Assembly: GCA_040954595.2 (NCBI GenBank)
Contig: JBECUI020000062.1
Coordinates: 1-45,667 of the forward strand
Source of the DNA: Balanoglossus misakiensis
Lineage: Eukaryota > Animalia > Hemichordata
Direction of reading: 5' to 3'
Length of the DNA stretch: 45,667 nucleotides
Shown: in pieces, positions 9,369 through 20,010 of the stretch
Position numbering within the stretch: the stretch's first letter is position 1
Layout: the number at the start of each line of letters is the position of its first letter
Translations under genes and position numbers: made by a program
The notes under the pieces: model-generated
What the model was told of the DNA's origin: nothing
What the model saw: only the letters and a program-made list of their open reading frames with translations
Database searches by the model: none

Positions 9369-9460
9369 ATAGTATCTTCCTTTTTCAAGATATAAAATTT
9401 TATTATTATTAGGGTAAATAATGCAAGTTATTCACGCCCTGTATTCAAGCAGAACCCTTG

Positions 9461-10600
9461 TCAGTCGCCCTCTTTAATCATAAGTGGATCGTGCATATCA
9501 TCATCGTCTGCAAGGGAGACTTTCGAGCCGGTAATACGATTGATGACATTGTTAAACCGTTCGGCCTTTTTGTTTGAGGCCTCAAGACTAGTGGAAGCCT
9601 TTTGAATATGTTCTCCAACCTTATTATATTCTTTATGGAAAGAGGCAAACCTGTCTTGAACTTTTCCCAATTCACCAATAATGCGTTTTGTTTCCTTCTC
9701 AATCTTAAACCCTCTCAGCCCATAGGCAATGGCCATGAGATAGGCATAAAGACTGTTCGGCGATACAGGAATTACATGTTTTGCTATAGCATAATTAAAT
9801 AGCTCGTAGTCTTTATTTGTCAGATCATCATTAATAATTGTTTCGTAAAAAACATTCTCCGCTGGTATATATATCATTGCAAAATCAAAGGTATTTTCAT
9901 CGGTGTTTATATACTTTGCTGTCTCATCAATTTGTTTCTTGGCGCTCAGAATAAACTCTTTTTTATACATGCGCTTCGCTTCTTCTGCTTCTGCAAGCGT
10001 CAGTCGCTGAAAGGATTCCAATGGAAACTTACTGTCGATCGGCACAATGCCTTCTCCCAGTTTGATAACAGCATCAACCTTTGTACCGTTTTTGAACTGA
10101 TATTGCATCTCGAAGTTTTGACTGGGAAAAATTTGTTTTAGGAGATCTTCCAGAAGATATTCACCGAGATTTCCACGCAGTTTTGGGGCACGCAATATAT
10201 TCTGCAAGGATGCAATATCCTTTCCGATTTCTTCCATGTTTTTTGTAGACTTTTCAAGCTCACCAAGCTTCTTTTGAACATCATTAATGACGTTCGCCGT
10301 ATTAGCTAACTGAACATTGAGAGAACCTTGACTTTTGTTCATGTTCTCATTAACGGTTCTCATAATGCCTTGCAGGTTATCGTTAATAAGTTTTTGAGTA
10401 CTATTAAACAATACCTGCTGACTCTGGAGAGCTTCTGCCTGAGATTTGAGTTGATTCTGCTGCATTTCTTCTATTCGACGCTCAAGTTTGTTCTCCTGCT
10501 CAATCTTGTTATTATCTTTTCGTGATAACAGGTGAAACGCAACAAGAATAACTATGATGAATAATAAACCTACTATTATTACTATTAGAGCGACTTCCAC
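9461..10600 (-). CDS. rmuC: DNA recombination protein RmuC
   Basis: N-terminal TM helix, coiled coil, PKLRGNLGEYLLE, VPIDSKFPL, DFAMIYIPAE, VSPNSL. Confidence 0.93.
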   Translation of the reverse strand: MEVALIVIIVGLLFIIVILVAFHLLSRKDNNKIEQENKLERRIEEMQQNQLKSQAEALQSQQVLFNSTQKLINDNLQGIMRTVNENMNKSQGSLNVQLANTANVINDVQKKLGELEKSTKNMEEIGKDIASLQNILRAPKLRGNLGEYLLEDLLKQIFPSQNFEMQYQFKNGTKVDAVIKLGEGIVPIDSKFPLESFQRLTLAEAEEAKRMYKKEFILSAKKQIDETAKYINTDENTFDFAMIYIPAENVFYETIINDDLTNKDYELFNYAIAKHVIPVSPNSLYAYLMAIAYGLRGFKIEKETKRIIGELGKVQDRFASFHKEYNKVGEHIQKASTSLEASNKKAERFNNVINRITGSKVSLADDDDMHDPLMIKEGD

Positions 10601-10724
10601 ATTATCACCCTACAATATTCGATAATCAATATCAATCTTTTACGATGCTGTGCAAAGATACCCACTTATAAAATGATTGACATATGGGCAATTATACATT
10701 ATCGTAAATATAAGGAGCGGAAAA

Positions 10725-10991
10725 ATGAATTCCTTTTGCCAAAGTTGTGGATATCCCATGAAAAAAGATAAAAAAGGTGGTGGTTCGGAAGTTGATGGCA
10801 GGATCAGCACAAAGTATTGCTCAATGTGTTATGAAAATGGAAAATTTTTAACACCCCCTGAGATTGATACGGCTGAAAAATTTCAGAAATTCTGTATTCA
10901 AGAGATGAAAAAAGATGGCATGTCAGGCATTTTAGCGTGGATATTAACACGTGGCATTCCAAAACTTGAACGCTGGAAAAACAAGAAGTAA
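10725..10991 (+). CDS. Putative zinc-ribbon protein (Zn_ribbon_2-like)
   Basis: FCQSCGYPM...YCSMCYENGKF...IPKLERWK; RBS AAGGAG before ATG 10725. Confidence 0.88.
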   Translation: MNSFCQSCGYPMKKDKKGGGSEVDGRISTKYCSMCYENGKFLTPPEIDTAEKFQKFCIQEMKKDGMSGILAWILTRGIPKLERWKNKK

Positions 10992-11000
10992 GGTATACCT

Positions 11001-11897
11001 ATGGATAGAACGGAAGATAAACCACAGGAAAAAACGCATAAATTTCCTATTCCGTTCTCCTTTGGAGACTATGAAATTATTCCTCTTTCTGATGGGATAA
11101 TGTGGTTTGATGGTGGAGTATTCTTTCATACCATTCCGCAAGCTCTATGGAAAAAAGCATTGAGTCCCGATGAATACAATCGTATCCCTGTCTCGCTTAA
11201 CTGCTTACTCATACGAGGCAAGGGACGAAACATTCTTATAGATTCCGGACGGGGCAGTAGCAACAAGTTTGATGAAAAAAGAAAATCTATATTCAAGCTA
11301 GACAACAGAGATCATCTTATCAATCAAATACTTAGATATACGCCCATTGACGAGATAAGCAATGTCATCATTACCCATCTCCATCTTGATCATACCGGAT
11401 GGTTAACGAGTATAGATGAAAATGGAACCATGCAAGCGACATTTCATCAAGCTCGGCATATCGTACAAAAGGATGAACTTGCCTATGCCCGTGGTGGGAA
11501 TGCCTTAAGTCAAGCATCCTATGACTCAAGAAACTTTGAGCCTCTGGCTGAAAAAAAACTGCTCGATGTTGTACAAGGTGATGTCGAAGTTGCACCGAAT
11601 ATTACTATGAATCTTTCGGCAGCTCATAGTCTGGGACATTGTACGATCTCGATACATGATGGGGACAAAGAACTATTATGCCCGGTAGACATTATGCCTA
11701 CTCGACATAACATAAAAGAAAACTGGGTCTGCAGCTTTGACTATTGCCCGTATCAAGTAGTAGAACAAAAAAAGCAGCTGATCAAACATGCTCTGCAAAG
11801 CAATGCATTACTCTATCTTTCTCATGAGGTGGAAACGCCACTGGGACGAATTCAGTACAACGAAAAAGAGAGCCCCGTGTGGATCCCCTTTGAGTAA
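11001..11897 (+). CDS. Metallo-beta-lactamase-fold hydrolase (YtnP-like)
   Basis: DGGVFFHTIPQALW, ILIDSG, THLHLDH, HSLGH, terminal SH. Confidence 0.88.
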   Translation: MDRTEDKPQEKTHKFPIPFSFGDYEIIPLSDGIMWFDGGVFFHTIPQALWKKALSPDEYNRIPVSLNCLLIRGKGRNILIDSGRGSSNKFDEKRKSIFKLDNRDHLINQILRYTPIDEISNVIITHLHLDHTGWLTSIDENGTMQATFHQARHIVQKDELAYARGGNALSQASYDSRNFEPLAEKKLLDVVQGDVEVAPNITMNLSAAHSLGHCTISIHDGDKELLCPVDIMPTRHNIKENWVCSFDYCPYQVVEQKKQLIKHALQSNALLYLSHEVETPLGRIQYNEKESPVWIPFE

Positions 11898-11911
11898 GCA
11901 TTGCAATGAAC

Positions 11912-14170
11912 CTACAAAATGATATTCTGCAATCGCTTAGAGTTTAAGACTACATTGATAGAACTGAATGCCATGGCAATCTCAGCCAGCACAGGGTGCA
12001 TGAGCCCCAATATTGCAAGTGGAATCATGAGAACATTATAAAAGAATGCCCAGAAGAGATTCTGCTTAATTTTCTGAAACGTAGCCCGACTAAGACGAAC
12101 GGCTTTTACAACAGCACTGAGTTCACCTTGTACAAGAATAATATCCCCTGACTCAATAGCAATATCCGTCCCTGTTCCGATAGCAATCCCGACATCCGCC
12201 TCTGCTAATGCCGGGGCATCATTAATGCCGTCACCCACCATTGCAACCACATGGCCCTCTTTCTGCAAACGCTGAATAGTGCGGACCTTATCTTCCGGCA
12301 TGGCATTAGCGACTATATCGGTAATGCCAACCTCCTTGGCAATCGCTTCAGCAGTGCCGAGATTGTCGCCGGTAACCATTATCGGATTCATCTGTAATTT
12401 CTTCAACTTAATAATGGCACTTGCACTGTCTGCTTTCACTTTGTCTGCAATTGCAATAAGTGCCACGACTTTATTATCGATAGACAAAAAAATTGCCGTT
12501 TTCGCCTGCTTCTCAAGATCTCCCCTTGCATCCTCTATTGACTGTTCAATTACAATTTCTCCCATAAAACTCTTTGTCCCAACCCGAACAGTTCTGCCGT
12601 CAATCGTTCCCACAACACCCTGACTCGTTACTGCCTCAAAATCGCTGAGTTTCCTTATTTCTATACCCTGCTGTTTGGCATGCTCAACAATAGCTTGCCC
12701 AATTGGATGTTCTGATCCAACCTCAAGGGAGGCTGCCATACATAAAGCATCCTCTTCCGTCGTACCCCCCGAACAAATAAGATCGGTAACCGCAGGTTTT
12801 CCCTGGGTAAGGGTGCCGGTTTTATCAAAAATAATGCTGTTGACATCCTTCATCGTTTGAATAGCAGCTGCACGCCGTATTAAAATCCTGTTTTCCGCAC
12901 CAATGCCTGATCCCACCATCAATGCAGTAGGTGTTGCAAGTCCCAATGCACAGGGGCAAGCAATAACAAGAACCGCAATAGCGGCAAACAATGCCAAGGG
13001 GATAGTTCCCATGCCCGGGTTCACCCATGGAAGGAATGACGAAGCCCAAGAAACCAACGAATAAAAGAAGCCGGGAAACAGAGTCCAACTAATAAAAGTT
13101 AACACTGCAACAACAAGAATAATGGGCACGAATATTGCGGTTACTCGGTCGGCAAACTCTTGGATCGGAATCTTAGACCCCTGAGCTTCTTCCACCAGCC
13201 GAATAATTTGACTTAAAAATGTATCCTTTCCTACACGCGTCGCACGGACACGCAAAAGTCCATTGCTATTGATTGTCGCACCCAGTACCGTATCCCCTGC
13301 ACTCTTTTCTACCGGCATGGACTCACCAGTAGCAATTGACTCATCTACCAGACTGTTTCCGGTTAGAACAACTCCATCAGTGGGAATTTTCTCACCTGGA
13401 CGGACAATCATGACCATATCAGTCTGCAGATCCTTAACTGAAATCCTTATTTCATCACCCTCTTGCTCAATGCAAGCATGCTTCGCCTCAAGAGACAGAA
13501 GATTCTTAATAGCCTGTGATGCCCTTCCGCGAGATAAAATTTCAACATACCTCCCGGTAAGATGAAATGCCATAATCATTGCTGCAACACCTGCAAAATT
13601 AGCAAAGGCAGGACCAATGCCAATGTTGTGAAGAGTTGACACAAAACCGGTAGCCAAGGCGGCAAGACAGCCCATACTAATAAGAACATCCATATTAGGA
13701 ATACGATGAATAGCAGATTTCCATGCGCTCAGGAGTGTGCCACGTCCTGGTCCTATAAGCACGAGAAGGGCAAATATGACCATACCGATATCAAACACAA
13801 GTGGTCCGAGAAAGACAAAGCCGAAAAACATTTCAGGAAGCATCCAGGCAATAATCGGAATCGTTGCCATCCATGCAAAGAAAAGTTTCCGCTTTGCAGC
13901 ATCAATGAGCCGATTATCCCTATCAAATTCCGATTCAATTTCTTTATCAACATCAGATACAACCGTATAACCAACGTTTCCAACTGCTTGCTTGAAATCC
14001 TCTATACCAACTTTTTCTGTATTATAAGTTATAAAGGCTGATGCCGTTGCGAGGTTTACTGCTGCTGTGCGAACACCCGCAAGCGACTGCAACACCTTCT
14101 CTACCGATGCGACACAGCCCGCACAGGTCATCCCATCAATCCGTATTCGTTCTTGTACTACCATTAGCAT
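11912..14170 (-). CDS. copA: Cu(I)-translocating P1B-type ATPase
   Basis: HMA motif [38 protein letters not shown] and MAFSS TM motifs. Confidence 0.95.
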   Translation of the reverse strand: MLMVVQERIRIDGMTCAGCVASVEKVLQSLAGVRTAAVNLATASAFITYNTEKVGIEDFKQAVGNVGYTVVSDVDKEIESEFDRDNRLIDAAKRKLFFAWMATIPIIAWMLPEMFFGFVFLGPLVFDIGMVIFALLVLIGPGRGTLLSAWKSAIHRIPNMDVLISMGCLAALATGFVSTLHNIGIGPAFANFAGVAAMIMAFHLTGRYVEILSRGRASQAIKNLLSLEAKHACIEQEGDEIRISVKDLQTDMVMIVRPGEKIPTDGVVLTGNSLVDESIATGESMPVEKSAGDTVLGATINSNGLLRVRATRVGKDTFLSQIIRLVEEAQGSKIPIQEFADRVTAIFVPIILVVAVLTFISWTLFPGFFYSLVSWASSFLPWVNPGMGTIPLALFAAIAVLVIACPCALGLATPTALMVGSGIGAENRILIRRAAAIQTMKDVNSIIFDKTGTLTQGKPAVTDLICSGGTTEEDALCMAASLEVGSEHPIGQAIVEHAKQQGIEIRKLSDFEAVTSQGVVGTIDGRTVRVGTKSFMGEIVIEQSIEDARGDLEKQAKTAIFLSIDNKVVALIAIADKVKADSASAIIKLKKLQMNPIMVTGDNLGTAEAIAKEVGITDIVANAMPEDKVRTIQRLQKEGHVVAMVGDGINDAPALAEADVGIAIGTGTDIAIESGDIILVQGELSAVVKAVRLSRATFQKIKQNLFWAFFYNVLMIPLAILGLMHPVLAEIAMAFSSINVVLNSKRLQNIIL

Positions 14171-14286
14171 TCTCCCTTCAGATTTTTAAAAACAGAAAGT
14201 AAACATATGAGTAATATGCCCCAAATGTCCATCTTTTTCTTGTAACTCTTGACTGAATATATCTTAGTATAGTATAGTTATTAACT

Positions 14287-14844
14287 ATGATAAAGTCGGT
14301 AAACATAAAAATAAGCATTATCATTGTTCTTTCGTTCTTTGTTGCTGGATGTGCTGCCAGTCCCGATAGTGTATTGTCGGGATACCTTGAGACATCATTG
14401 CAGGGACATTACGAAGAAGCCTACGGATGTCTTGCGGAGGTAGACAAGCGGGTTACATCTCTTGATGAGTTCGTTGCTTCTATGTTGACGCAAGACTATG
14501 CCCTTTTCCCGCTTGCTGGCATACCTGTTTTGGCAAGTGATGCTGAATATCAGATAAGCTCGCTTACAATAAATGAAAGGTCAGCAACAGCAGAGGTCTT
14601 TATTACGACACCTGATTGGGAACAAATAACAAGTAGAATACTGGGCATAGCCCCCGGTGATGCTGCCAATACACAATTTATTGCAGAATTTGGCGGCAAC
14701 CAGAATGAAGAAAAACTTAATCGCTTACTCCAACAGCATTTTAATAACAATATTCCCCGAATTAGTAAAACATTGAACTTTCGTCTAACGAACAATGCTG
14801 ATGAGGGCTGGCGTGTGCACCTTGATCGAGCAAATACACCTTAG
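14287..14844 (+). CDS. Hypothetical lipoprotein
   Basis: Signal peptide with lipobox VAG-C; NTF2-like pattern (YEEAY..L, C-terminal GWRV). Confidence 0.75.
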   Translation: MIKSVNIKISIIIVLSFFVAGCAASPDSVLSGYLETSLQGHYEEAYGCLAEVDKRVTSLDEFVASMLTQDYALFPLAGIPVLASDAEYQISSLTINERSATAEVFITTPDWEQITSRILGIAPGDAANTQFIAEFGGNQNEEKLNRLLQQHFNNNIPRISKTLNFRLTNNADEGWRVHLDRANTP

Positions 14845-14973
14845 TTCGTCCTATTACTGGAAGTACTGTACAAAAGATACATTATGATGTAAAACAACAA
14901 GTAATGAATACTATAAGGACCAAGTAAGATTTAGTATGTACAAACTTATTAAAGTATAGTACAATAAATTATT

Positions 14974-15582
14974 GTGGATAAACTTTTTTGGGATAAATAC
15001 TACCGCGAACGTGCTACAATATTGAATGAAGAAGCAGATGAACTACTGATTGAAGAAGTTTCAAATCTAAAACCAGGCAGTGCCTTGGATCTGGGTGCAG
15101 GTGCAGGACATAATTCTATTTGGCTTGCAGAGAACGGCTGGATGGTGCGTGCAATTGATTATGCAAAATCAGCTATAAAAATAATTGAGGAAAAGGCATC
15201 CGACAATTATCTCCCGATAGAGGCAATTTATGCTGATATTACCACGTACAATACCCCTCCAACATTTGACCTTGTGTACATCTGTTATATGCATCTTCCA
15301 CAAAAAGATATACAAAAGATAATTAACAATGCAGTTGCAGCATTATTACCAGATGCTTCACTGATATACATAGGCATCCTGCGTCAGCCGGATAATACGG
15401 ATAAGTTTAACATGCTTTGTGCCACTCCTGAAGAAATTACCACACTCGTAGAGGCGAACTCTTCTATGAAGATATGTCGCTCTGAGATATTGAATCGACG
15501 TATTCCCATAGACGAAGGGGAGTACTTTGAGGGTGAAACATTTATTGTCCATGCACAAAAATTATCGAAAACATTGGATTAA
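14974..15582 (+). CDS. Class I SAM-dependent methyltransferase (TehB-like)
   Basis: FWDKYY, ALDLGAGAGHNSIWLA, AIDY, FDLV motifs; GTG start. Confidence 0.88.
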   Translation: MDKLFWDKYYRERATILNEEADELLIEEVSNLKPGSALDLGAGAGHNSIWLAENGWMVRAIDYAKSAIKIIEEKASDNYLPIEAIYADITTYNTPPTFDLVYICYMHLPQKDIQKIINNAVAALLPDASLIYIGILRQPDNTDKFNMLCATPEEITTLVEANSSMKICRSEILNRRIPIDEGEYFEGETFIVHAQKLSKTLD

Positions 15583-15645
15583 ATTTTTCTTTTTCGTATA
15601 GTAGACTGGACGTACAACTAAAAAGAAATATAGAATAATAATATA

Positions 15646-15729
15646 GCCGGAGTGGTGAAATTGGTAGACACAAAGGACTTAAAATCCTTCGGTTGGAAAA
15701 CCGTGCCGGTTCGAGTCCGGCCTTCGGCA
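15646..15729 (+). tRNA. tRNA-Leu (TAA)
   Basis: Acceptor GCCGGAG/CTTCGGC, anticodon loop CTTAAAA, long variable arm, T-loop GTTCGAG. Confidence 0.97.
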
Positions 15730-16923
15730 TTAGAGTTGTTTGAGGATGGTAAAAGTAGCAGTCGTACCTTCGTTAATCTGGCTATCAACAACAATCTGCC
15801 CGCCATGAGCCTGTATAATACTCTGTGCTACAGTCATACCAAGTCCATATCCATGTCCACCTGATGCAGAATAAAAAGGATCGAAGATATGCTCAAGTAC
15901 ATCTTTGCTCATGCCAACGCCGGTATCACTCAATTTAAAGACAAGCATATGCTCTTCATCAGTAACTGATAGGGAAATCTTGTCTTCCTTCTTACAAGCT
16001 TTCCGACTATTATCAAAAAGATTGGCAAAGACCCGCCAGAGCTTGTTTTCATCGGCAAAAAATTTGATACGTGTATCGGGCTTAATAATGTCCAATACAA
16101 TTCCAGTCATGCTCATTTCCATGTTATGATGTGTTGCTAAGCGTTGCAGAAAGACATCTAGATAAACAAGGCTAATGTTTAGGCTAACCTTGTCGCTGGA
16201 ATAATCCAATATATCATTCGATATGCCTTCCAAACGCTGAACAGTCTTTTGCAGGTCCACACAGTAGTTTTTTACTTGTTCCGGATCATCATGGTAATGA
16301 AGAATCAAATCCGAATAACACTTAATTACTGAGATTGGATTGCGTATATCATGAATAATTAATGATGAAACCTTGCCCATATTGGCAAGACGCTCGTTTC
16401 TCAGTATCGAGCGTTGCATATGTTTCAACTCGTTATAGGCATCTGATAACTCCTTATTTCGCCGATTCAAATAATCGGTAAACAACTGATTACTCTGTCG
16501 AATCAGTGAAGAAAGAATAAGCAATAATGCTCGTGCGAGTCGTGAACTTTTATTTAAAAATTTATGAAAATCGTCAATGTGAAGACAGAGCAATGACAAT
16601 GAGGTTTGGGCAAGAACTGTAGCACTGCGCGGACTATTATCCAGCAATGACATCTCACCGAAGACATGACCCTTGCTATAATTGCCAACCTGCAACTGTA
16701 AACCCGGTAAACTATAATTCCACCAGACCTCAATCATACCGGAACGTACGATATACATACAATTGCCGAGTTCATGCTCTTTGCAAACAATATCTCCGGC
16801 TTGATACTGCACAGTAGTACAGGCATTAGCTATCTCTCTTAATTCTTCATCAGTCAACTGCTGAAAAAATTTCTCTTGAGTAAAGAAATCATATACATCC
16901 GTATTGTCGCGACCCTGTTCCAC
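15730..16923 (-). CDS. Cytoplasmic cyclic-nucleotide-binding-domain sensor histidine kinase
   Basis: cNMP cassette FGEMSLLDNSPRSATV; H-box IIHDIRNP; N-box NLFDNS; DTGVGM, IFDPF, GYGLG; no TM segment. Confidence 0.9.
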   Translation of the reverse strand: MEQGRDNTDVYDFFTQEKFFQQLTDEELREIANACTTVQYQAGDIVCKEHELGNCMYIVRSGMIEVWWNYSLPGLQLQVGNYSKGHVFGEMSLLDNSPRSATVLAQTSLSLLCLHIDDFHKFLNKSSRLARALLLILSSLIRQSNQLFTDYLNRRNKELSDAYNELKHMQRSILRNERLANMGKVSSLIIHDIRNPISVIKCYSDLILHYHDDPEQVKNYCVDLQKTVQRLEGISNDILDYSSDKVSLNISLVYLDVFLQRLATHHNMEMSMTGIVLDIIKPDTRIKFFADENKLWRVFANLFDNSRKACKKEDKISLSVTDEEHMLVFKLSDTGVGMSKDVLEHIFDPFYSASGGHGYGLGMTVAQSIIQAHGGQIVVDSQINEGTTATFTILKQL

Positions 16924-16982
16924 GACAATAGTATATAAAACTTTCTCTAGTGCGTAAAGAGATTAGCAAAAGTTATATCAGC

Positions 16983-17681
16983 TTACCAGTTATCAACCAT
17001 GTCGTCCGGGTCGCGTTGAAATTGGCTCATATCGGTTATTGCCCGTAAATCATCAAAATAGATGTAAAATCTGCCGTACGTTTCCAGTAAGTCTGATTCT
17101 ACAACCAGATTTATAATTTCAAAGTTATAATCAAAGTCATCACCGCGGTAGGGCAACCCATCTTGTAATCCAGGCGGCACTGCAAGCGTTAATTTCTTCC
17201 ATCCGAGAAAATTCAATTTGCCAAAGCTAAAAATCCGAAGCCTACCACGTGTATCACGTAGTACAATTTTTAACTCATGTTGGGTATTCCTGCCTGCTAC
17301 CCAGATTGACAGGGCAGAAACAAGTCCGGGAATACGAATGGGCCGAAGCGGCAGCATCGAAAGGGTTGATATTGACCGTCGAAAGAAATCCGCACGGACA
17401 CCGAGTACTCGTTCATCAACAAATGCGACCTGACTACTTGCTCCTTCTGCCAGTGGGATCTTGGCATCCGGCGCCCCGTAGAGAACCCGGTGAGTCATGA
17501 CCCCATCATCAAGAGGAATATGTGCACGCCAGAATCCCGCTTCTTCAAAGCGATCAAGGGAAACTTCCTCTAACTGAGGATTCGCAATACCTTGATCAAC
17601 CAGTGACGGATCTATGTCAAGCTGTGCAAAAATCATTGGGGCAGATAGCACTAATAATAGAAAACATATCTTCTTCATCAT
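16983..17681 (-). CDS. flaA: Flagellar filament outer-layer (sheath) protein, FlaA family
   Basis: Signal peptide; VLGVRADFFRR, SIWVAGRN, GKLNFLGWKKL, YIYFDDLRAITD, C-terminal DNW. Confidence 0.85.
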   Translation of the reverse strand: MMKKICFLLLVLSAPMIFAQLDIDPSLVDQGIANPQLEEVSLDRFEEAGFWRAHIPLDDGVMTHRVLYGAPDAKIPLAEGASSQVAFVDERVLGVRADFFRRSISTLSMLPLRPIRIPGLVSALSIWVAGRNTQHELKIVLRDTRGRLRIFSFGKLNFLGWKKLTLAVPPGLQDGLPYRGDDFDYNFEIINLVVESDLLETYGRFYIYFDDLRAITDMSQFQRDPDDMVDNW

Positions 17682-18409
17682 TCAGTTCCTCCCTCTTCGT
17701 CGGACCACAGTTGTTCCCGGATCCTATTATCAGAAAGCATGCCACCATCAAGCACTGTATCATATCCGTCCATCACAACCTTTAGTTCATCAAAATAAAC
17801 GTTGAAATTATTCACACGCTCATGAGGATATGTCCACAATACAAGTTTTACGATTTCTAGTTTGGATCCAGATATAGAATACGGATCTATGCGAGGTACC
17901 CAACTGGGGAGATCTAATGAAAGATTACGCCACCCTAAGTACTGTAAACTGCCCAGTGGTAAGGCATAAAGCAGTCCGCGATAATCACGAATTTGTACTT
18001 CCAGATTATATGCATATTTTGACCCCCAAGCCCAAATATCAATGCTTCGTGCATTCCGTGGCAAGGAAATTCCTTCTTCAACAAAATTACCGCTCGCATC
18101 TTTTCTGCCAGGGATAATTTCTAGATAATTATATCCTCTGCGTGAAAAACCTGCCTCAATGCCTAAGACTTTTAAGTCATCAGCAGGACTCCATCCATGA
18201 AGTGCAATGGGCCAACTGTTCACATACTTTGATTTTGGCATATCGTCTAAAACAAACCGACTGCCACGAATAATCCATTGTAAATCATTGTCGGGGTTAT
18301 CAAAAGTATCAAGTACCGTACTGTAATAATGATGTTGTCTATCTTGGGCTATAAGACCTATCGATACAGCAGCTATGATTACTACAATACACAACAACTT
18401 TTTTATCAT
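17678..18409 (-). CDS. flaA: Flagellar filament outer-layer (sheath) protein, FlaA family paralog
   Basis: Signal peptide; VLGIEAGFSRRGYN, DIWAWGSKY, GSLQYLGWRNL, VYFDELKV. Confidence 0.85.
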   Translation of the reverse strand: MIKKLLCIVVIIAAVSIGLIAQDRQHHYYSTVLDTFDNPDNDLQWIIRGSRFVLDDMPKSKYVNSWPIALHGWSPADDLKVLGIEAGFSRRGYNYLEIIPGRKDASGNFVEEGISLPRNARSIDIWAWGSKYAYNLEVQIRDYRGLLYALPLGSLQYLGWRNLSLDLPSWVPRIDPYSISGSKLEIVKLVLWTYPHERVNNFNVYFDELKVVMDGYDTVLDGGMLSDNRIREQLWSDEEGGTE

Positions 18410-18462
18410 GATTATCTCCTTATTCCGAGTTCCGTTCCATATTTTTTTTGTGTACGTTCATG

Positions 18463-19301
18463 TTATTCTGAATATCGGAAAAACTGCGCTTCAACATAAC
18501 TTTTTTCACCGATAGTTGGTGGTTTTTTCTCTCTTTTTAGTATCTGCTGAATAATATCATGAAATGAAAATGCTATAATAGCGTCTACATCATCATTTTC
18601 AAAAAAATCAGATAAAAAGGATTCAAGAATTGTAATTTCAACTTCAATGGAATTAAGAAGATGTAAGACATCATTATTGTACGGACCAAGAAAGAGTGCA
18701 ATAATCTGTGCATCAGTGATGTCCGAGAAAACACTACGCACTCCATCTAGTTTGATTGGTTCGGTGTACTGATAAACTGTGAGATTGTCGGCATGCTGAT
18801 AAAATGCCTGCTGAAAGGATTTAAGTTCGTTCTCGCTCTCAGGTCTCGACATCAACATAAATACATAGGCATCTCTATTCTCCACCATTTTTCCCCGGCA
18901 TAGTTGCCGGCTTCCGCAAATGCAAGGGATCTATCCAATGGCAAAAATATTCCTTCTTCCCTCTCTTCCTCTTTGAAGAGTCCAAGGTAGTATACATTCG
19001 GCTTCTCCAACATGAAATCGGTGAAGATTGTATCGATATCTGTTAATAGAGACGATAAGGTAAGAATTGCTCCTGACTGCATAATTACACTACGATGTAA
19101 ATACGTGTAGTCTTCTTGAGGAAGAATCAGCAGTTGGACATTCTCTGGTATTTCCTGGTTAATAGCCCCCACGTAAGACGATGCCGAATCGGGAAAAACA
19201 AATGAAAAATTTTCATCTATGACTATAGTAAGATCACTCTTGGCACAAGCAACTAATAAGAAACAGATGGATATAAGAAGAAGAAGTTTAGTTTGTCTCA
19301 A
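18463..19301 (-). CDS. Hypothetical lipoprotein (one apparent frameshift near 18890)
   Basis: TTG 19301 gives MRQTKLLLLISICFLLVA-C lipobox; adding one A in GAAAAATG joins it to ORF 18463-18888. Confidence 0.55.
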
Positions 19302-19934
19302 TGCCTTTGTCTCCAGTAAAACGAACCCGTAAAATATAAAAAAGAAAATAATCATAAGAATTGTTATTGCCGTACTTGCTCCAACCAATGTATAGGAGTG
19401 TTCCAATACCCACCACGAAGTAAAGACTTGTAGAGCCGTCGCAAGAAGAAATACGAGCGAAAAAATTACACAGTACTTCCACTTCCCAAATGTATACACC
19501 AATCCAACAGAAAGCAGTGCATAGAGAACACGGAAGGTTGGAAGAACAAATAAGGCATAGACATCAAGCACCCGTACCGAAGCGAGAACATCAAACAGGG
19601 TAAAGAAAGTGTAAAAGAGAAAAAAGAATACAAACAAGTCGAAGATTGGTGAACGCTTCCTTTGCCATTGTATCCGATATACATGATATATAAGTGGAAG
19701 CATGCTCGGAATCAGGCTTTCAGTAGACAAAACAAATACAGTAAAGTACAATGCCGTGTATGATTGGCGGATCCACATTGCAAGTACTCGGATGAACAAG
19801 TATGAGGCTAGGAATGTGAGCAGTGCAGGTATGAGTTGCATAAGCAAGACCTGACTCCTTATCCGGACATTTGGATGAGAAAATAAAATAATCAAAAGGA
19901 ACAGCGGTACTACTGTTAGCAGGTACAAACTCAC
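19288..19934 (-). CDS. Multi-pass membrane protein (true stop probably at 19288 after a T-run indel)
   Basis: About 6-7 hydrophobic segments; a +1 T at ~19340 gives ...ILRVRFTGDKGIETN* overlapping the lipoprotein start. Confidence 0.6.
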
Positions 19935-20010
19935 AAGATATAGTATATAATACTATATCACAATGCAACAAGAAAACAACGTAAAGAAGAACTCTGTTTA
20001 AAAAACTAAG

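Noticed and set aside
2572-15729. Integrative element bounded by attL/attR in the two tRNAs
   Set aside because: Only the generic T-arm GGTTCGAGTCC is shared; I found no duplicated tRNA 3' end and no integrase.
15542-15864. Small ORFs over tRNA-Leu (also 2254-2865 and 42705-42917 over other tRNAs)
   Set aside because: Spurious translations of tRNA genes and adjacent CDSs.
18852-19934. Novel fusion of a polytopic membrane protein to an internal lipoprotein
   Set aside because: One extra T in a T-run near 19340 gives the membrane protein its own stop overlapping a TTG start with a lipobox; consistent with the window-wide indel errors.
19935-20010. SAM riboswitch or T-box upstream of metX
   Set aside because: The gap is only ~76 bp, AT-rich and lacks the conserved motifs.
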